From positions 1 to 40,960 of the forward strand of contig JACQGG010000148.1 in the NCBI GenBank assembly GCA_016199665.1: a stretch of DNA of 40,960 bases. Direction: 5' to 3'. How positions within the stretch are numbered: position 1 is the first letter of the stretch; each line of letters starts with the position of its first letter. This DNA is from Acidobacteriota bacterium (GTDB lineage Bacteria > Acidobacteriota > UBA6911 > JACQSX01). Positions 1 through 7,974 of this stretch are shown here, in pieces. The translations under genes and the position numbers were made by a program. The notes beneath the pieces are model-generated. The model was given only the letters and a program-made list of their open reading frames with translations, was not told the origin of the DNA and did not search any database.

Positions 1-40
1 CCACCTTTATCCACCCGGCGCCGGTCACTTGGCCGTATAA

Positions 41-408
41 CGCCCTTCTCGGAGACTGATATGCTCCCGGCAGCGGTCGATAAGAGTCCTTGTAACGATC
101 GATCCTCCTTACCGAGACCGAAAGAAGTTCATGCGTCGGCTCTGTAGGACGGCCGGCGTTCCATACTTCCGGTTCCATCCACTGCGTCACTCCGGGGCAT
201 CGGTCGGGCCGTGTCAATGCTTTTGAGACAACCGGATCGAGCCGTGATGGACAACAACGGAGTTCCAATCGTAGTCGGGTTCCGGCGAAGCTGGGACGCG
301 GGATGCAGGCACTCAATTTCTGAAGACGTATCTCTGGCCGCAGGTTGGTGCAACGACAGGTCAAGCATCCACTCGCTCCGTAGGCCGGTTCAATGGCCGC
401 CCTATTGA
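41..408 (+). pseudogene. Tyrosine recombinase (phage-type integrase) C-terminal fragment, frameshifted
   Basis: Frame 2 (41-223) reads ...KKFMRRLCRTAGVPYFRFHPLRHSGAS, which carries the H-x-L-R-H box of tyrosine recombinases, then hits TGA at 224-226. The expected continuation (AVMDNNGVPIVV...AGCRHSISEDVSL, the G-x-x-x-x-V-Q/LGH region) lies in frame 1 (ORF 211-408). At least one frameshift or small insertion is needed. The catalytic Tyr is not evident and the N-terminal part lies off the left edge. Confidence 0.4.
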
Positions 409-975
409 TGGGTGGCGGCGGGCGGTGACTACTTTGGCGCCACCGGAAGCGTGGCGAACCGTCCGGGCTGAACGCGAACAACCGTCGCGGCGATTTTCCC
501 TGAGGAGGTTACTCTCAAGACTCCAGCAAAGTCTGAGAAATCCACTTTGGGGCTCCATTCGAATTCGGGTACAAATCGCGCCAGATGTCCGCCGGCCTTC
601 AGGCTGTTGGCTCCATCCAAGCGGGCGCCGGCTGCCTGTCTTCCTTCAGAGTCGAGTCGCTGCAGGTCCAGGGGAACGTCTGCAGATTCCAGGTTCATGA
701 TGGCAGGGCGCGGTGGCTTTGGTTGTGGCTATGCCGCGCGAAGTCCCCGCGGTGAGCTCAGGAAAGTGATTTTTGCGCCCGAAAGTACTCAGTTTCTGTC
801 GCGAAACTCACTTCGCCAAGCCACGGATTTGCGAACCTGCTCGGAAATGCGAGAGAAAAATTGCAAAATCGATCAAACCACTGGGCAACCAGCGCAGTTT
901 CCCGAGAGAAAGTAGTAGCCATTTCTTGTCAAATACGCAGCGCCGGCGGCTGGCTTGATGTAAATTGGAGGATTC

Positions 976-1196
976 ATGCCGCGGCGGAAGACGACAGACA
1001 CGAGTTCCGGCCTGCCTGCGCCGCGAGTGTCGCGGCAAGCAGGGGTAGAAAGCGGAGATTGGCGATGAGCGGATCGGACGCGGCGCGATCTCTCTACCCT
1101 TCGAGACCCTTCGAGCCTGGGGAGCACAAGCGCATCGCCGTCAAGATTGTGGACGACCAGGGTATTGAAAGCCTCAACGGGATGGAGGTGGGCTGA
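976..1196 (+). pseudogene. DNA methyltransferase remnant (N-terminal stub plus conserved C-terminal tail, catalytic core missing)
   Basis: GGAGGA RBS at 967-972, then ATG 976 opens a 30-codon stub (MPRRKTTDTSSGLPAPRVSRQAG...). In another frame the segment ending at TGA 1194-1196 reads ...RPFEPGEHKRIAVKIVDDQGIESLNGMEVG. I recognise this as the typical C-terminal tail of N4/N6 DNA methylases (PGxxxIAVKVxDxxG). No DPPY or SAM-binding motifs lie between the two pieces. Confidence 0.45.
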
Positions 1197-1318
1197 TGGC
1201 AAGCATATCCGTGGAAAAAGAAAACATCGCCGCGTTCTGCCGGAAGGACCGCATCCGGCCTTCGCTCGAGCATTTCGAATTAGCCGGATGCAAATTGAGC
1301 ATCCACGTGAAAACCTGA
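1196..1318 (+). pseudogene. Nucleotidyltransferase (MNT-type antitoxin) N-terminal remnant
   Basis: ATG at 1196 overlaps the preceding TGA (TGATG). The 40-codon ORF MASISVEKENIAAFCRKDRIRPSLEHFELAGCKLSIHVKT resembles the IAxFCRKxxIRxLSLFGS start of minimal nucleotidyltransferases, but it diverges and terminates before the GS...DxD catalytic motif. Confidence 0.3.
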
Positions 1319-1347
1319 TGGTCGCCGGGACCTGAAGCAGAGGATGT

Positions 1348-1560
1348 TCAGCTAATCACAACCTCGATAGGCAGCTCGTTCAGCTTGGATCTTTTCGAGA
1401 CAAAGTTCAGCTTCTCGAAACCGATGACTTTCTTTGTGCGCGGGTCCTTTTTCAGGATGACCTCATCCCCGGTCTCCTCGCACACAACTTTTCTGGGCTT
1501 CTCAAACCACACGTCGAGCGTGTTGCCTTCCTTGTCAAAAAACACCCTGATTTTTTTCAT
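1348..1560 (-). CDS. DUF2283-family small protein (putative antitoxin)
   Basis: 70 aa: MKKIRVFFDKEGNTLDVWFEKP...GDEVILKKDPRTKKVIGFEKLNF. This matches the DUF2283 pattern (short beta-rich protein, xYDxEADxLxI ... xGxxxGIEIL). Its ATG overlaps the stop of the upstream gene (ATGA at 1557-1560). Confidence 0.8.
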   Translation of the reverse strand: MKKIRVFFDKEGNTLDVWFEKPRKVVCEETGDEVILKKDPRTKKVIGFEKLNFVSKRSKLNELPIEVVIS

Positions 1561-1895
1561 TTTTGCCTCTCGTAGACTCTCTCGCCTTCCTTGATTCTAT
1601 CAGTGAAATACGCCGTGACGACAAATCCGTCGCCGTTGCTGTGCTTGGCGACGACTGCGAGCCAGAGCTTGCCGTGGCGCCGGTAGTAAAGGAAAACTGA
1701 ACCGTCGCTCCTGCTGAGGCGGATTTCGTCCGGTTCACGCAATGCTCGTTTAACTTCGGATTCTTGGCCCTCAATTTCGGGATGCTTCGTCTTGCTGATG
1801 AGATCCCATCGCGATTTTGTGACGCGGATCAGCTTACCGAGTTTGGACGTGACCTCAAAGTGAACGTCATCCATTTGGAAACAATGGATCGGCAC
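1557..1895 (-). CDS. Putative toxin, BECR-fold (Barnase/EndoU/colicinE5-D/RelE-like) small protein partnered with DUF2283
   Basis: 112 aa. The pattern W..I..(K)HPE...(x)..V...L.EPDEI..S......FLYY......LAVV.K.....GFVVTAYFT..IK.GE is typical of small toxins found upstream of DUF2283 genes. It is translationally coupled to 1348-1560. The family assignment rests on pattern memory only. Confidence 0.65.
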   Translation of the reverse strand: MPIHCFQMDDVHFEVTSKLGKLIRVTKSRWDLISKTKHPEIEGQESEVKRALREPDEIRLSRSDGSVFLYYRRHGKLWLAVVAKHSNGDGFVVTAYFTDRIKEGERVYERQK

Positions 1896-1951
1896 TATCT
1901 AAAAGTTTCGAAACGCTCGACGGCCGGGGTGTTCTAAGGCAACATACCAGA

Positions 1952-2485
1952 GTGCCGCTCTGGGCGTCAAACCTTCGGTGCCGTGAAGTGAGCCGTGGAC
2001 GCTGTTCCGTTCTCCGGCGGGGCGTCGATTATGAAGTCACCGTTCCAGTTGATGAGGCGTTTGAGGATGCAACTACAGTCTTTGAAATCGGGCCGTATCT
2101 TTTAGAGGTCAAGGCGACCACGACCGGGGCGGCACGGCTCACACCAACCCAAGCACAAACTGCAGCCGTAGAACCCAGCCGGTATGTACTGTGTGTCGTC
2201 GATCTCCGTGGCATCCGGGCCGAAGAATTGGACGCACAATGGACGGCCGCACGAGTCGAACCTTTGGCCAAGCTCATCTCGAACGTTGGCAACAAGGTCC
2301 ATACGACCTGCTTGCTGGTGGAAGCAGCGAAAGCGAGTTCTGTTGGGATCCGCAACGAATCTGCTCTTCGGTATGAACTCCCACCCACCGTCTGGGAAAC
2401 CGGCGCATCAATTTCAGAATGGGTGGCGGCAGTTGCGGAAAGTCTTGCAAGAGTTACGGAGCAAGTTGACCCGGACGCGGGATAG
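1952..2485 (+). CDS. DUF3883-like (restriction-endonuclease-fold) domain protein, probably an N-terminally truncated orphan
   Basis: The core GVDYEVT...(22 aa)...YLLEVKATT...ARLTPTQAQTAA...RYVLCVVDL matches the D...E-x-K nuclease core and the lt.nE...a / y.lyvV elements of DUF3883. The annotated start is a GTG with an arginine/cysteine-rich, non-protein-like first ~30 aa. This domain normally sits at the C-terminus of much larger proteins. Confidence 0.5.
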   Translation: MPLWASNLRCREVSRGRCSVLRRGVDYEVTVPVDEAFEDATTVFEIGPYLLEVKATTTGAARLTPTQAQTAAVEPSRYVLCVVDLRGIRAEELDAQWTAARVEPLAKLISNVGNKVHTTCLLVEAAKASSVGIRNESALRYELPPTVWETGASISEWVAAVAESLARVTEQVDPDAG

Positions 2486-2618
2486 AATTTCCGGTACGAT
2501 TGGGCCGTCAGATCAACTGTTCGGGCCAATCCAGCCTAAACGGAGCTCACATTGTGAAAAGGCAAGTAGAAACTCAGTATGGCGGAGAGAGAGGACCGGG
2601 GCTGGGATGTGGCGATTA

Positions 2619-2942
2619 TCATCGCCGTGCTGCGCCCGCATAAACAGTCTTGAGGTCCTTGTGAAAGTCCTCCAGATCATATTGCGCAGGGATTTTCCGA
2701 CTTCGGGCGTAATCCATCATTTCCCAGAGCGATACACCTGCATCTCTGGCGGCACGGGCAAGTGATACTTTTCCATCGCCGTAAAGCCGGGCGTAGTGCT
2801 CCAGCTTCCAGTCTTTTATCGCCCTGTAGAGAAGCTTTCTCACGGTTGAAGAGCGGTCCGACTGTTCCGCTTCCTCTATAGCTTCCAGGTCCCGCACCAA
2901 TTTATCGGGCAGCCGCGTACCAACCATCTGTTCCTTTTTCAT
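2619..2942 (-). CDS. UPF0175-family antitoxin with RHH-like N-terminus
   Basis: 107 aa. The N-terminus VGTRLPDKLVRDLEAIEEAEQSDRSSTVRKLLYRAI is ribbon-helix-helix-like. The C-terminal part LYGDGKVSLARAARDAGVSLWEMMDYARSRKIPAQYDLEDFHKDL is the UPF0175 HTH signature. It overlaps the upstream gene by 4 nt. Confidence 0.8.
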   Translation of the reverse strand: MKKEQMVGTRLPDKLVRDLEAIEEAEQSDRSSTVRKLLYRAIKDWKLEHYARLYGDGKVSLARAARDAGVSLWEMMDYARSRKIPAQYDLEDFHKDLKTVYAGAARR

Positions 2943-3463
2943 TTCTTCGCCTCCCTCGCCGCTTTCAATATCTCGGTCACAACGGCAGGAGCCAGCCAGA
3001 TCGTCCCGCTCAGCTCTGCAACCGCATCTTCAAGCTCCTTGAAGGTCAAGTGCTGATCGATGAACGCCTGCAACAGGATCGCTGCCGTTCCCAGGAATCG
3101 AGCCGCGGCCACATCCGCAAACGCCCTGGCTTCTCTGTCATCAATTATGACCCTCAGCCTGCGCGAGCCTGCGAGCGCGATGGACTCAGCTTCGCCCTCG
3201 TCCAGCCTGCTCTTTGTGAGGATGCTCCGCGCGAGTTCCTTTTCCTTAGCGGAGAGCCGGGCGAGACGAATCCAGCCGTCGTCCATGGCTTTCTCAATCT
3301 GCTCGACGCCCGGCGCCGAGATTGCCCTTCCAGCATCAACGGCCTCTGCCTTGACCACGGGGGCTATGAGCACCTCGCCGTATAACTGCTTGAGTAGGCG
3401 CAGCTTCTTCATCTTCGCCAGAGCTATGAGGACCGATGCGTCAGCGATGATCAAAAGTTGCAC
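2939..3463 (-). CDS. DUF3368 PIN-like nuclease (putative toxin)
   Basis: 174 aa. IIADASVLIALAKMKKLRLLKQLYGEVLIAPVVKAE...DEGEAESIALA...VIIDDREARAFA...FLGTAAILLQA matches the DUF3368 (PIN-like) consensus, including the acidic residues. Confidence 0.85.
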   Translation of the reverse strand: MQLLIIADASVLIALAKMKKLRLLKQLYGEVLIAPVVKAEAVDAGRAISAPGVEQIEKAMDDGWIRLARLSAKEKELARSILTKSRLDEGEAESIALAGSRRLRVIIDDREARAFADVAAARFLGTAAILLQAFIDQHLTFKELEDAVAELSGTIWLAPAVVTEILKAAREAKK

Positions 3464-3606
3464 CCGTCAATAATTGGCACCCCAAGTATTAGAAGTTAAC
3501 GGATTATACAAATGTTTGCAAGCGATTTGAGGCCATCATCCTGGCAATCCTTCGATGACCACCAGCTCGCTAATGCCGCTTTGAGCGGCTCACACAAACT
3601 AAGACC

Positions 3607-3621
3607 CCCGGCTCTGCCGGG
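3607..3621 (-). terminator. Possible terminator hairpin after the amidohydrolase gene
   Basis: Minus-strand RNA CCCGGC-AGA-GCCGGG (6-bp GC stem, 3-nt loop) begins 7 nt after the stop at 3628 and is followed by GGUCUUAGUUUGUGUG. The U-tract is weak. Confidence 0.3.
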
Positions 3622-3627
3622 AGATAC

Positions 3628-5499
3628 TCACCGGCTGAGCAGCTTATCCTTGTTGGCCGGGTTCTCATAAGTGACTTTCCCGCCTACCACAGTCTGCAGG
3701 ATAGGGATTTCGGAAATTTGATCCTCGGGCACGGTCATGTAGTCGGCGCCCAAAATGAGAAGATCCGCGACTTTGCCCGGCTCCAAGGTTCCCATGACCT
3801 TTTCATCTTCGTAAAAACGAGCTGCCCAATTCGTGCCCATCCACAAAGCTTCCTGACGAGTCACCCGCTGATCCGCGCCCCAGACGATTCCGGTGCCTTC
3901 CTGCTTGCGCGTAATGAGTTTTTCCACCAGCCACCAGTAGGTGAACTTAAGATTCGCGTTGGGGCGCGTCATGAGGCCAGGATCCGTCATATTGGGATTC
4001 GAAGCGTCGCGGTAACTGTAGTTTGACTCCAGAATGGGCTTCATTCCAGACTTGATGATATTCTTGATCGGAGTAAATCCGTGTAAAGCATCCGCACCAT
4101 ACAGTTTCCTCATCCGCTCCACTCCCAGAGTATCGTAGAAGAGGTACCGCGGCGTCAGGGAGAGGATCGGATCGAACTTGGCCATCCGCTGTATTTGCTC
4201 GGGAGTGCGCTGCAGCCCATGCACGAATCCAAACCTCCGGCCGGCCAGGGGTCTTTCTTTGTCTGCATCTTCAAAGGCTTCCAGAGTTGTTTGTACTTCG
4301 CCGTCTCCTTGAACGTGAAAGTCCATGACCGGCCAGCCGTAGCGATTGGCCAAAATCAAGCCTCGATAATCGCTGCCGTTGACTTCCTTCCAGTTCTCAC
4401 CCAAACCGAATTTCCAGGCATTGGCACCGAAAGTTCCATGGTTTCCGAGTTCCGCAAACTTCGGCTTGAGCGTGGGCATGTCTTCACCCACCCAACCTAC
4501 TGCATAGAGATTGGCGCCATAAAGCCGGAACCATTCATCACCGATCCCGGAAATATTGCCAATCCGCTTTAGCGCCCCCTCTGCGTAGGGATTCATGCGC
4601 ACAATTTCACTGGAAAAGCGAACCCGAACCGGCAATGGGTTGTTCGGATCTTTTTTGAGACCCCTCTGCCACACCTCATGCACCACCGTCACGGCCAGTC
4701 CATGGGCCCGTCCCCCGACGCTGGTAATCCCAATCCCGTTGACCCGCTGAAACAGAGCCACCTGTTCTTCCACCATCTTCTCCATCTTCTGCGCGTCGGG
4801 CCAGGGAAGCAGATCATAGGTGAGATAGCCGAGCACCGGCATGAAGACGTGACCGGTGGGTTGCCCCTGGGCATCCTTTTCCACTCCCGGCCCGGCCGCC
4901 AGTTCCGCGGGGAGCAGCTTGAGCGCGGCGCTATTGACTACACCACTGGTCATGTAGATCATTGCCACCGGCACATTGGGGGCGATACCGTCCAGGAGCT
5001 TTCGGTCGAGCTCGGCGAAGTTCTTTTCTCCTGCGCCGGTAGTGGTAAAGAACAGCACCTGATCCGGCTTACCTTGCTTGTCCACTTTTTCCCGCATGTC
5101 GCGCAGTCCTTCGTCCAGACTGGCGAAGCGGATGTTGATGGCAGTGTAAGCCAGTTTGGATCCGCCGTGGCCACCTTCGAAAGCTTCGCCGTGAACCTCG
5201 ATAAACCCCGGGGTTACGGTTTTACCTTTTAAGTCCACTCTCTCAGTCTTCGGGCCCGCCATTTTGAGAACGCGGTCGCTGTCCCCCACCGCCATAATCT
5301 TCCCGTCGCGGATGGCAACCGCCTGGGCGATGGCAAATTTGTCATCCGCAGTCAGGATCTTGCCGTTGTAAAGAACCTTATCGGCGAAGCCCAAGACTTC
5401 CGAGGGCAGGTCGGTTTGGCCAAAGCAGGGGACGCTTGCCAATATCCCCAGCAGTGCAAAGCTCGAAACCCAAATGTAGAATCTTTGTTTGCGGTTCAT
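3628..5499 (-). CDS. Secreted amidohydrolase-family protein (Amidohydro_3 / YtcJ-like)
   Basis: 623 aa with an N-terminal signal peptide (MNRKQRFYIWVSSFALLGILASVPCFGQ). The IRDGKIMAVG...VDLKGKTVTPGFIEVHGE entry motif and the C-terminal GTLEPGKVADLLILGADYMTVPED...VGGKVTYE are both typical of this family. Confidence 0.88.
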   Translation of the reverse strand: MNRKQRFYIWVSSFALLGILASVPCFGQTDLPSEVLGFADKVLYNGKILTADDKFAIAQAVAIRDGKIMAVGDSDRVLKMAGPKTERVDLKGKTVTPGFIEVHGEAFEGGHGGSKLAYTAINIRFASLDEGLRDMREKVDKQGKPDQVLFFTTTGAGEKNFAELDRKLLDGIAPNVPVAMIYMTSGVVNSAALKLLPAELAAGPGVEKDAQGQPTGHVFMPVLGYLTYDLLPWPDAQKMEKMVEEQVALFQRVNGIGITSVGGRAHGLAVTVVHEVWQRGLKKDPNNPLPVRVRFSSEIVRMNPYAEGALKRIGNISGIGDEWFRLYGANLYAVGWVGEDMPTLKPKFAELGNHGTFGANAWKFGLGENWKEVNGSDYRGLILANRYGWPVMDFHVQGDGEVQTTLEAFEDADKERPLAGRRFGFVHGLQRTPEQIQRMAKFDPILSLTPRYLFYDTLGVERMRKLYGADALHGFTPIKNIIKSGMKPILESNYSYRDASNPNMTDPGLMTRPNANLKFTYWWLVEKLITRKQEGTGIVWGADQRVTRQEALWMGTNWAARFYEDEKVMGTLEPGKVADLLILGADYMTVPEDQISEIPILQTVVGGKVTYENPANKDKLLSR

Positions 5500-5532
5500 C
5501 GCAGTCTCCCTTAAAGCAGTGTAGTCCCGCCC

Positions 5533-7824
5533 CTAATGCACGAACTTGCCGAAGACGGCGGCGCGGCCTTTGGCGCGGAGTTCTTCCTGAAGTCCCTCCA
5601 CGGCCACCCGAACCACGTCGCGATGGTGCACCTCCGGATGTCCGCCGGCAGTAATTTCAGTCCAGAGTTCGTGGATCAGGTTGATGTCTTCCTGTGTCAG
5701 ATTCGGCGCATGCGCCCCCAGGTAATACGTCCGCACGTTACCCCGTCCGGTGACAACGCGGAAGACCAGTTGCTTGCGTCTTCTGCCCGGCAACGACTCC
5801 CAGATGGCCCCCAGCCTGCGCGCTTGGGCATCCGGATTCATCTTGGCCGACTGGCCGGCGATAATTTCTCCCACCTGAAGATTGTCCGCACTCTGAGCAA
5901 TCGCCTGAAAAAAGTCGGTGGTCGGCACAACCACCAGCTTGACCGGTTTGCCATGCCTTTCCGCCTGAGCCACGACGCGGGAAAAGAGCAACTGCTCATA
6001 TTCCGAGAAGACGCCGGACGCATCCATGTACTCACTGCCGGCGAAAGGCCCCCGGATCACTTTGGCCGTCATGACCACGACGTCCCGTATTTCCGGGTTG
6101 ACCCGCCCCAGGATCCAATCCAGGTGGTCCACGTTATGGTAGTCGCGCACCGGCACCAGAATCCCCCCCGGACGGCATTCCATGGTCCCGATGTCGACGA
6201 CTTCCTTCTCGCTCAACCGAAATTCATCCGTTGTCTCTCCGCGCCTCGCCCTGCGCCTTTCGTTAATCCGCTCCGAGACGACAAACATGCAAAAGAAAAC
6301 CAGGGTAAACGCCAGGCCGCTCACCGTCGCCACCTGCTTGGTGAACAGGTTAATGACCGCGATGGACAACAGCAGCAGGGCAATGGCTCCCAGGCCCAGG
6401 GGAAGATCCCAACTCGCGATCCGCAGGTTCAGCGGAACCCTCCATTCCCGCGGCGAACGATCCTTGAACCGAAGCATAATGGTCGCCATCCCGTTAAAGA
6501 CAAAGGACCAGATAACGCCAAACGCATACGCCTCGCCGAGCAGATAGGTGTTGCCGCGGGAAGCTGCAATGGCGACCAGTTGCATCAAGACAATGACGTT
6601 GATGATGCGATAAGTCGTTCCATATTTCCGGTGTGGCGCCCGAAACCAGTCCACCAGTACACCGTCTTCGCCCACCCGATTCAGCACCCCGTTGGAGCCG
6701 ATAATGGCCGTGTTGACCGCGCCGGACAGCATCAGGAATCCGACCACAACGATGAACGCGTTAAAGAGCAGCTTCAGCGTCACCGGTCCTGTAAGGTGCA
6801 TGGCGATGCCGCTGATCAGGTTGTCGAAGTACTGGGGCCGGACATCATCGGGAATCAGCGCATAGGCCAGGAATGAGACCAGCGAGGTGAACACCACAGA
6901 GTACACCACAATGACAATCCCCGCTCGCATCAGGTTCTTGTGCTTGGGAAACTCCAGTTCGCGGTTGAGCTGCGCCAGGGACTCCTGACCGGACATGGCC
7001 AGGATGGAATGCCCGAAAGCGATGAGAATTCCCAACAGTCCCAGCAGGGCTCCCGCGTTGGCCTTCATCCCGAAGTGACCCTCCGTCTCTTCGCCGGGGG
7101 GGGCCGCAACCGGGCGCAGGACTTCCGGAGCAAGTCCGGGCAGCCAGCCGACCGCATCTTCCTTGAATTCGAGATTTTGCGCCACCGGCCCCGGAGGAAG
7201 GCGCCGGGCCTCGGGGCGCTCAAACAGCGTCACACCGCTCCAGACAACCAGCAGCACGACCATCACGGTGGTTACATACATGATCTTGAGCGCGTCATTG
7301 GAGGATTCGTGGATACCCCGCGTATTGCGCCACCAGAAATAAAGGGTGACAAGGACTGCGACGATCGCCGCCAGGTGGTTGATCGTCGCGTCCGAAGGAT
7401 TCCATTCGTAGCCGAAATGCGGCAGCGACTGCGCCACGAGCTTCACGATGTATTGCCCGGCTGAGACTCCCGAGATGGGTCCGGTCAGGACGTAGTCGAA
7501 CATCAGCGCCGAGACAGACAACTTGGCCAGCGTGCCACCCATGGATTCCTTCACCACGCGGTAAACACCGGCGCGGGTGAACATGGCGCACGACTCCACG
7601 TAAACGACGTGCACCCCGTACGAAAAGAGCATGACTCCGAGAATGAACCAGGGAGCGGCGCGGCCGACCGCCTGCTCGGCGATTCCGCCCGCGTAAAAGG
7701 CTGAAGAGCCGAGATCGTTGAGCACGATCGCGGCGGCTTTCCAGAAGGAAATGAAGCTGAGCATGATGGTCGATGCGACCACCACTCTCACCCGTGGCGC
7801 TGTTCTAGCTTCGGCTTCGACCAT
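5533..7824 (-). CDS. APC-superfamily amino-acid/polyamine permease with C-terminal universal-stress-protein-like domain
   Basis: 763 aa. The first ~520 aa are multi-TM with APC-type motifs (SSAFYAGGIAEQ..., GPISGVSAG). The C-terminal ~230 aa are soluble with an alpha/beta USP-like pattern (GGILVPVRDYHNVDHLDWIL...VVVMTA...KLVVVPT). Confidence 0.85.
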   Translation of the reverse strand: MVEAEARTAPRVRVVVASTIMLSFISFWKAAAIVLNDLGSSAFYAGGIAEQAVGRAAPWFILGVMLFSYGVHVVYVESCAMFTRAGVYRVVKESMGGTLAKLSVSALMFDYVLTGPISGVSAGQYIVKLVAQSLPHFGYEWNPSDATINHLAAIVAVLVTLYFWWRNTRGIHESSNDALKIMYVTTVMVVLLVVWSGVTLFERPEARRLPPGPVAQNLEFKEDAVGWLPGLAPEVLRPVAAPPGEETEGHFGMKANAGALLGLLGILIAFGHSILAMSGQESLAQLNRELEFPKHKNLMRAGIVIVVYSVVFTSLVSFLAYALIPDDVRPQYFDNLISGIAMHLTGPVTLKLLFNAFIVVVGFLMLSGAVNTAIIGSNGVLNRVGEDGVLVDWFRAPHRKYGTTYRIINVIVLMQLVAIAASRGNTYLLGEAYAFGVIWSFVFNGMATIMLRFKDRSPREWRVPLNLRIASWDLPLGLGAIALLLLSIAVINLFTKQVATVSGLAFTLVFFCMFVVSERINERRRARRGETTDEFRLSEKEVVDIGTMECRPGGILVPVRDYHNVDHLDWILGRVNPEIRDVVVMTAKVIRGPFAGSEYMDASGVFSEYEQLLFSRVVAQAERHGKPVKLVVVPTTDFFQAIAQSADNLQVGEIIAGQSAKMNPDAQARRLGAIWESLPGRRRKQLVFRVVTGRGNVRTYYLGAHAPNLTQEDINLIHELWTEITAGGHPEVHHRDVVRVAVEGLQEELRAKGRAAVFGKFVH

Positions 7825-7891
7825 ACAAAAAGGTCATTTTAGGAGCCCGTCCGAGAATTAGCAACCCGATGTCAAAGTGAGAGACGCGGAA

Positions 7892-7921
7892 GAAAAATCC
7901 TGGCGCCGGGCGGCCCGCCGC
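7892..7921 (-). terminator. Possible intrinsic terminator after cysN
   Basis: Minus-strand RNA forms a GC-rich imperfect hairpin (GCG-G-CGGG CCG CCCG-G-CGC) followed 4 nt later by AUUUUUCUU. Confidence 0.35.
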
Positions 7922-7974
7922 AGCCGCTTACTTTCTGGGCGAGATTTCTGGTTATGGTGTGGGCAGGAGCCACC

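Noticed and set aside
3-59. Possible 3' end of a plus-strand gene (…TFIHPAPVTWPYNALLGD*)
   Set aside because: Only 18 codons are visible, which is too short to identify. It may simply be another frame of the degraded integrase region.
429-698. 89-aa minus-strand ORF (MNLESADVPLDLQRLDSEGRQ...FEWSPKVDFSDFAGVLRVTSSGK...)
   Set aside because: Its composition is fairly protein-like and it is divergent from the methylase remnant, so it could be a restriction-enzyme or other island gene fragment. I recognise no family, it has no clear RBS, and it ends in two closely spaced stops. It is left unresolved rather than called.
5536-6876. 446-aa ORF on the plus strand
   Set aside because: It is entirely antisense to the APC/USP permease gene. 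Its composition is dominated by R/H/P/G/Q with no motifs. This is a typical shadow ORF of a GC-rich gene.
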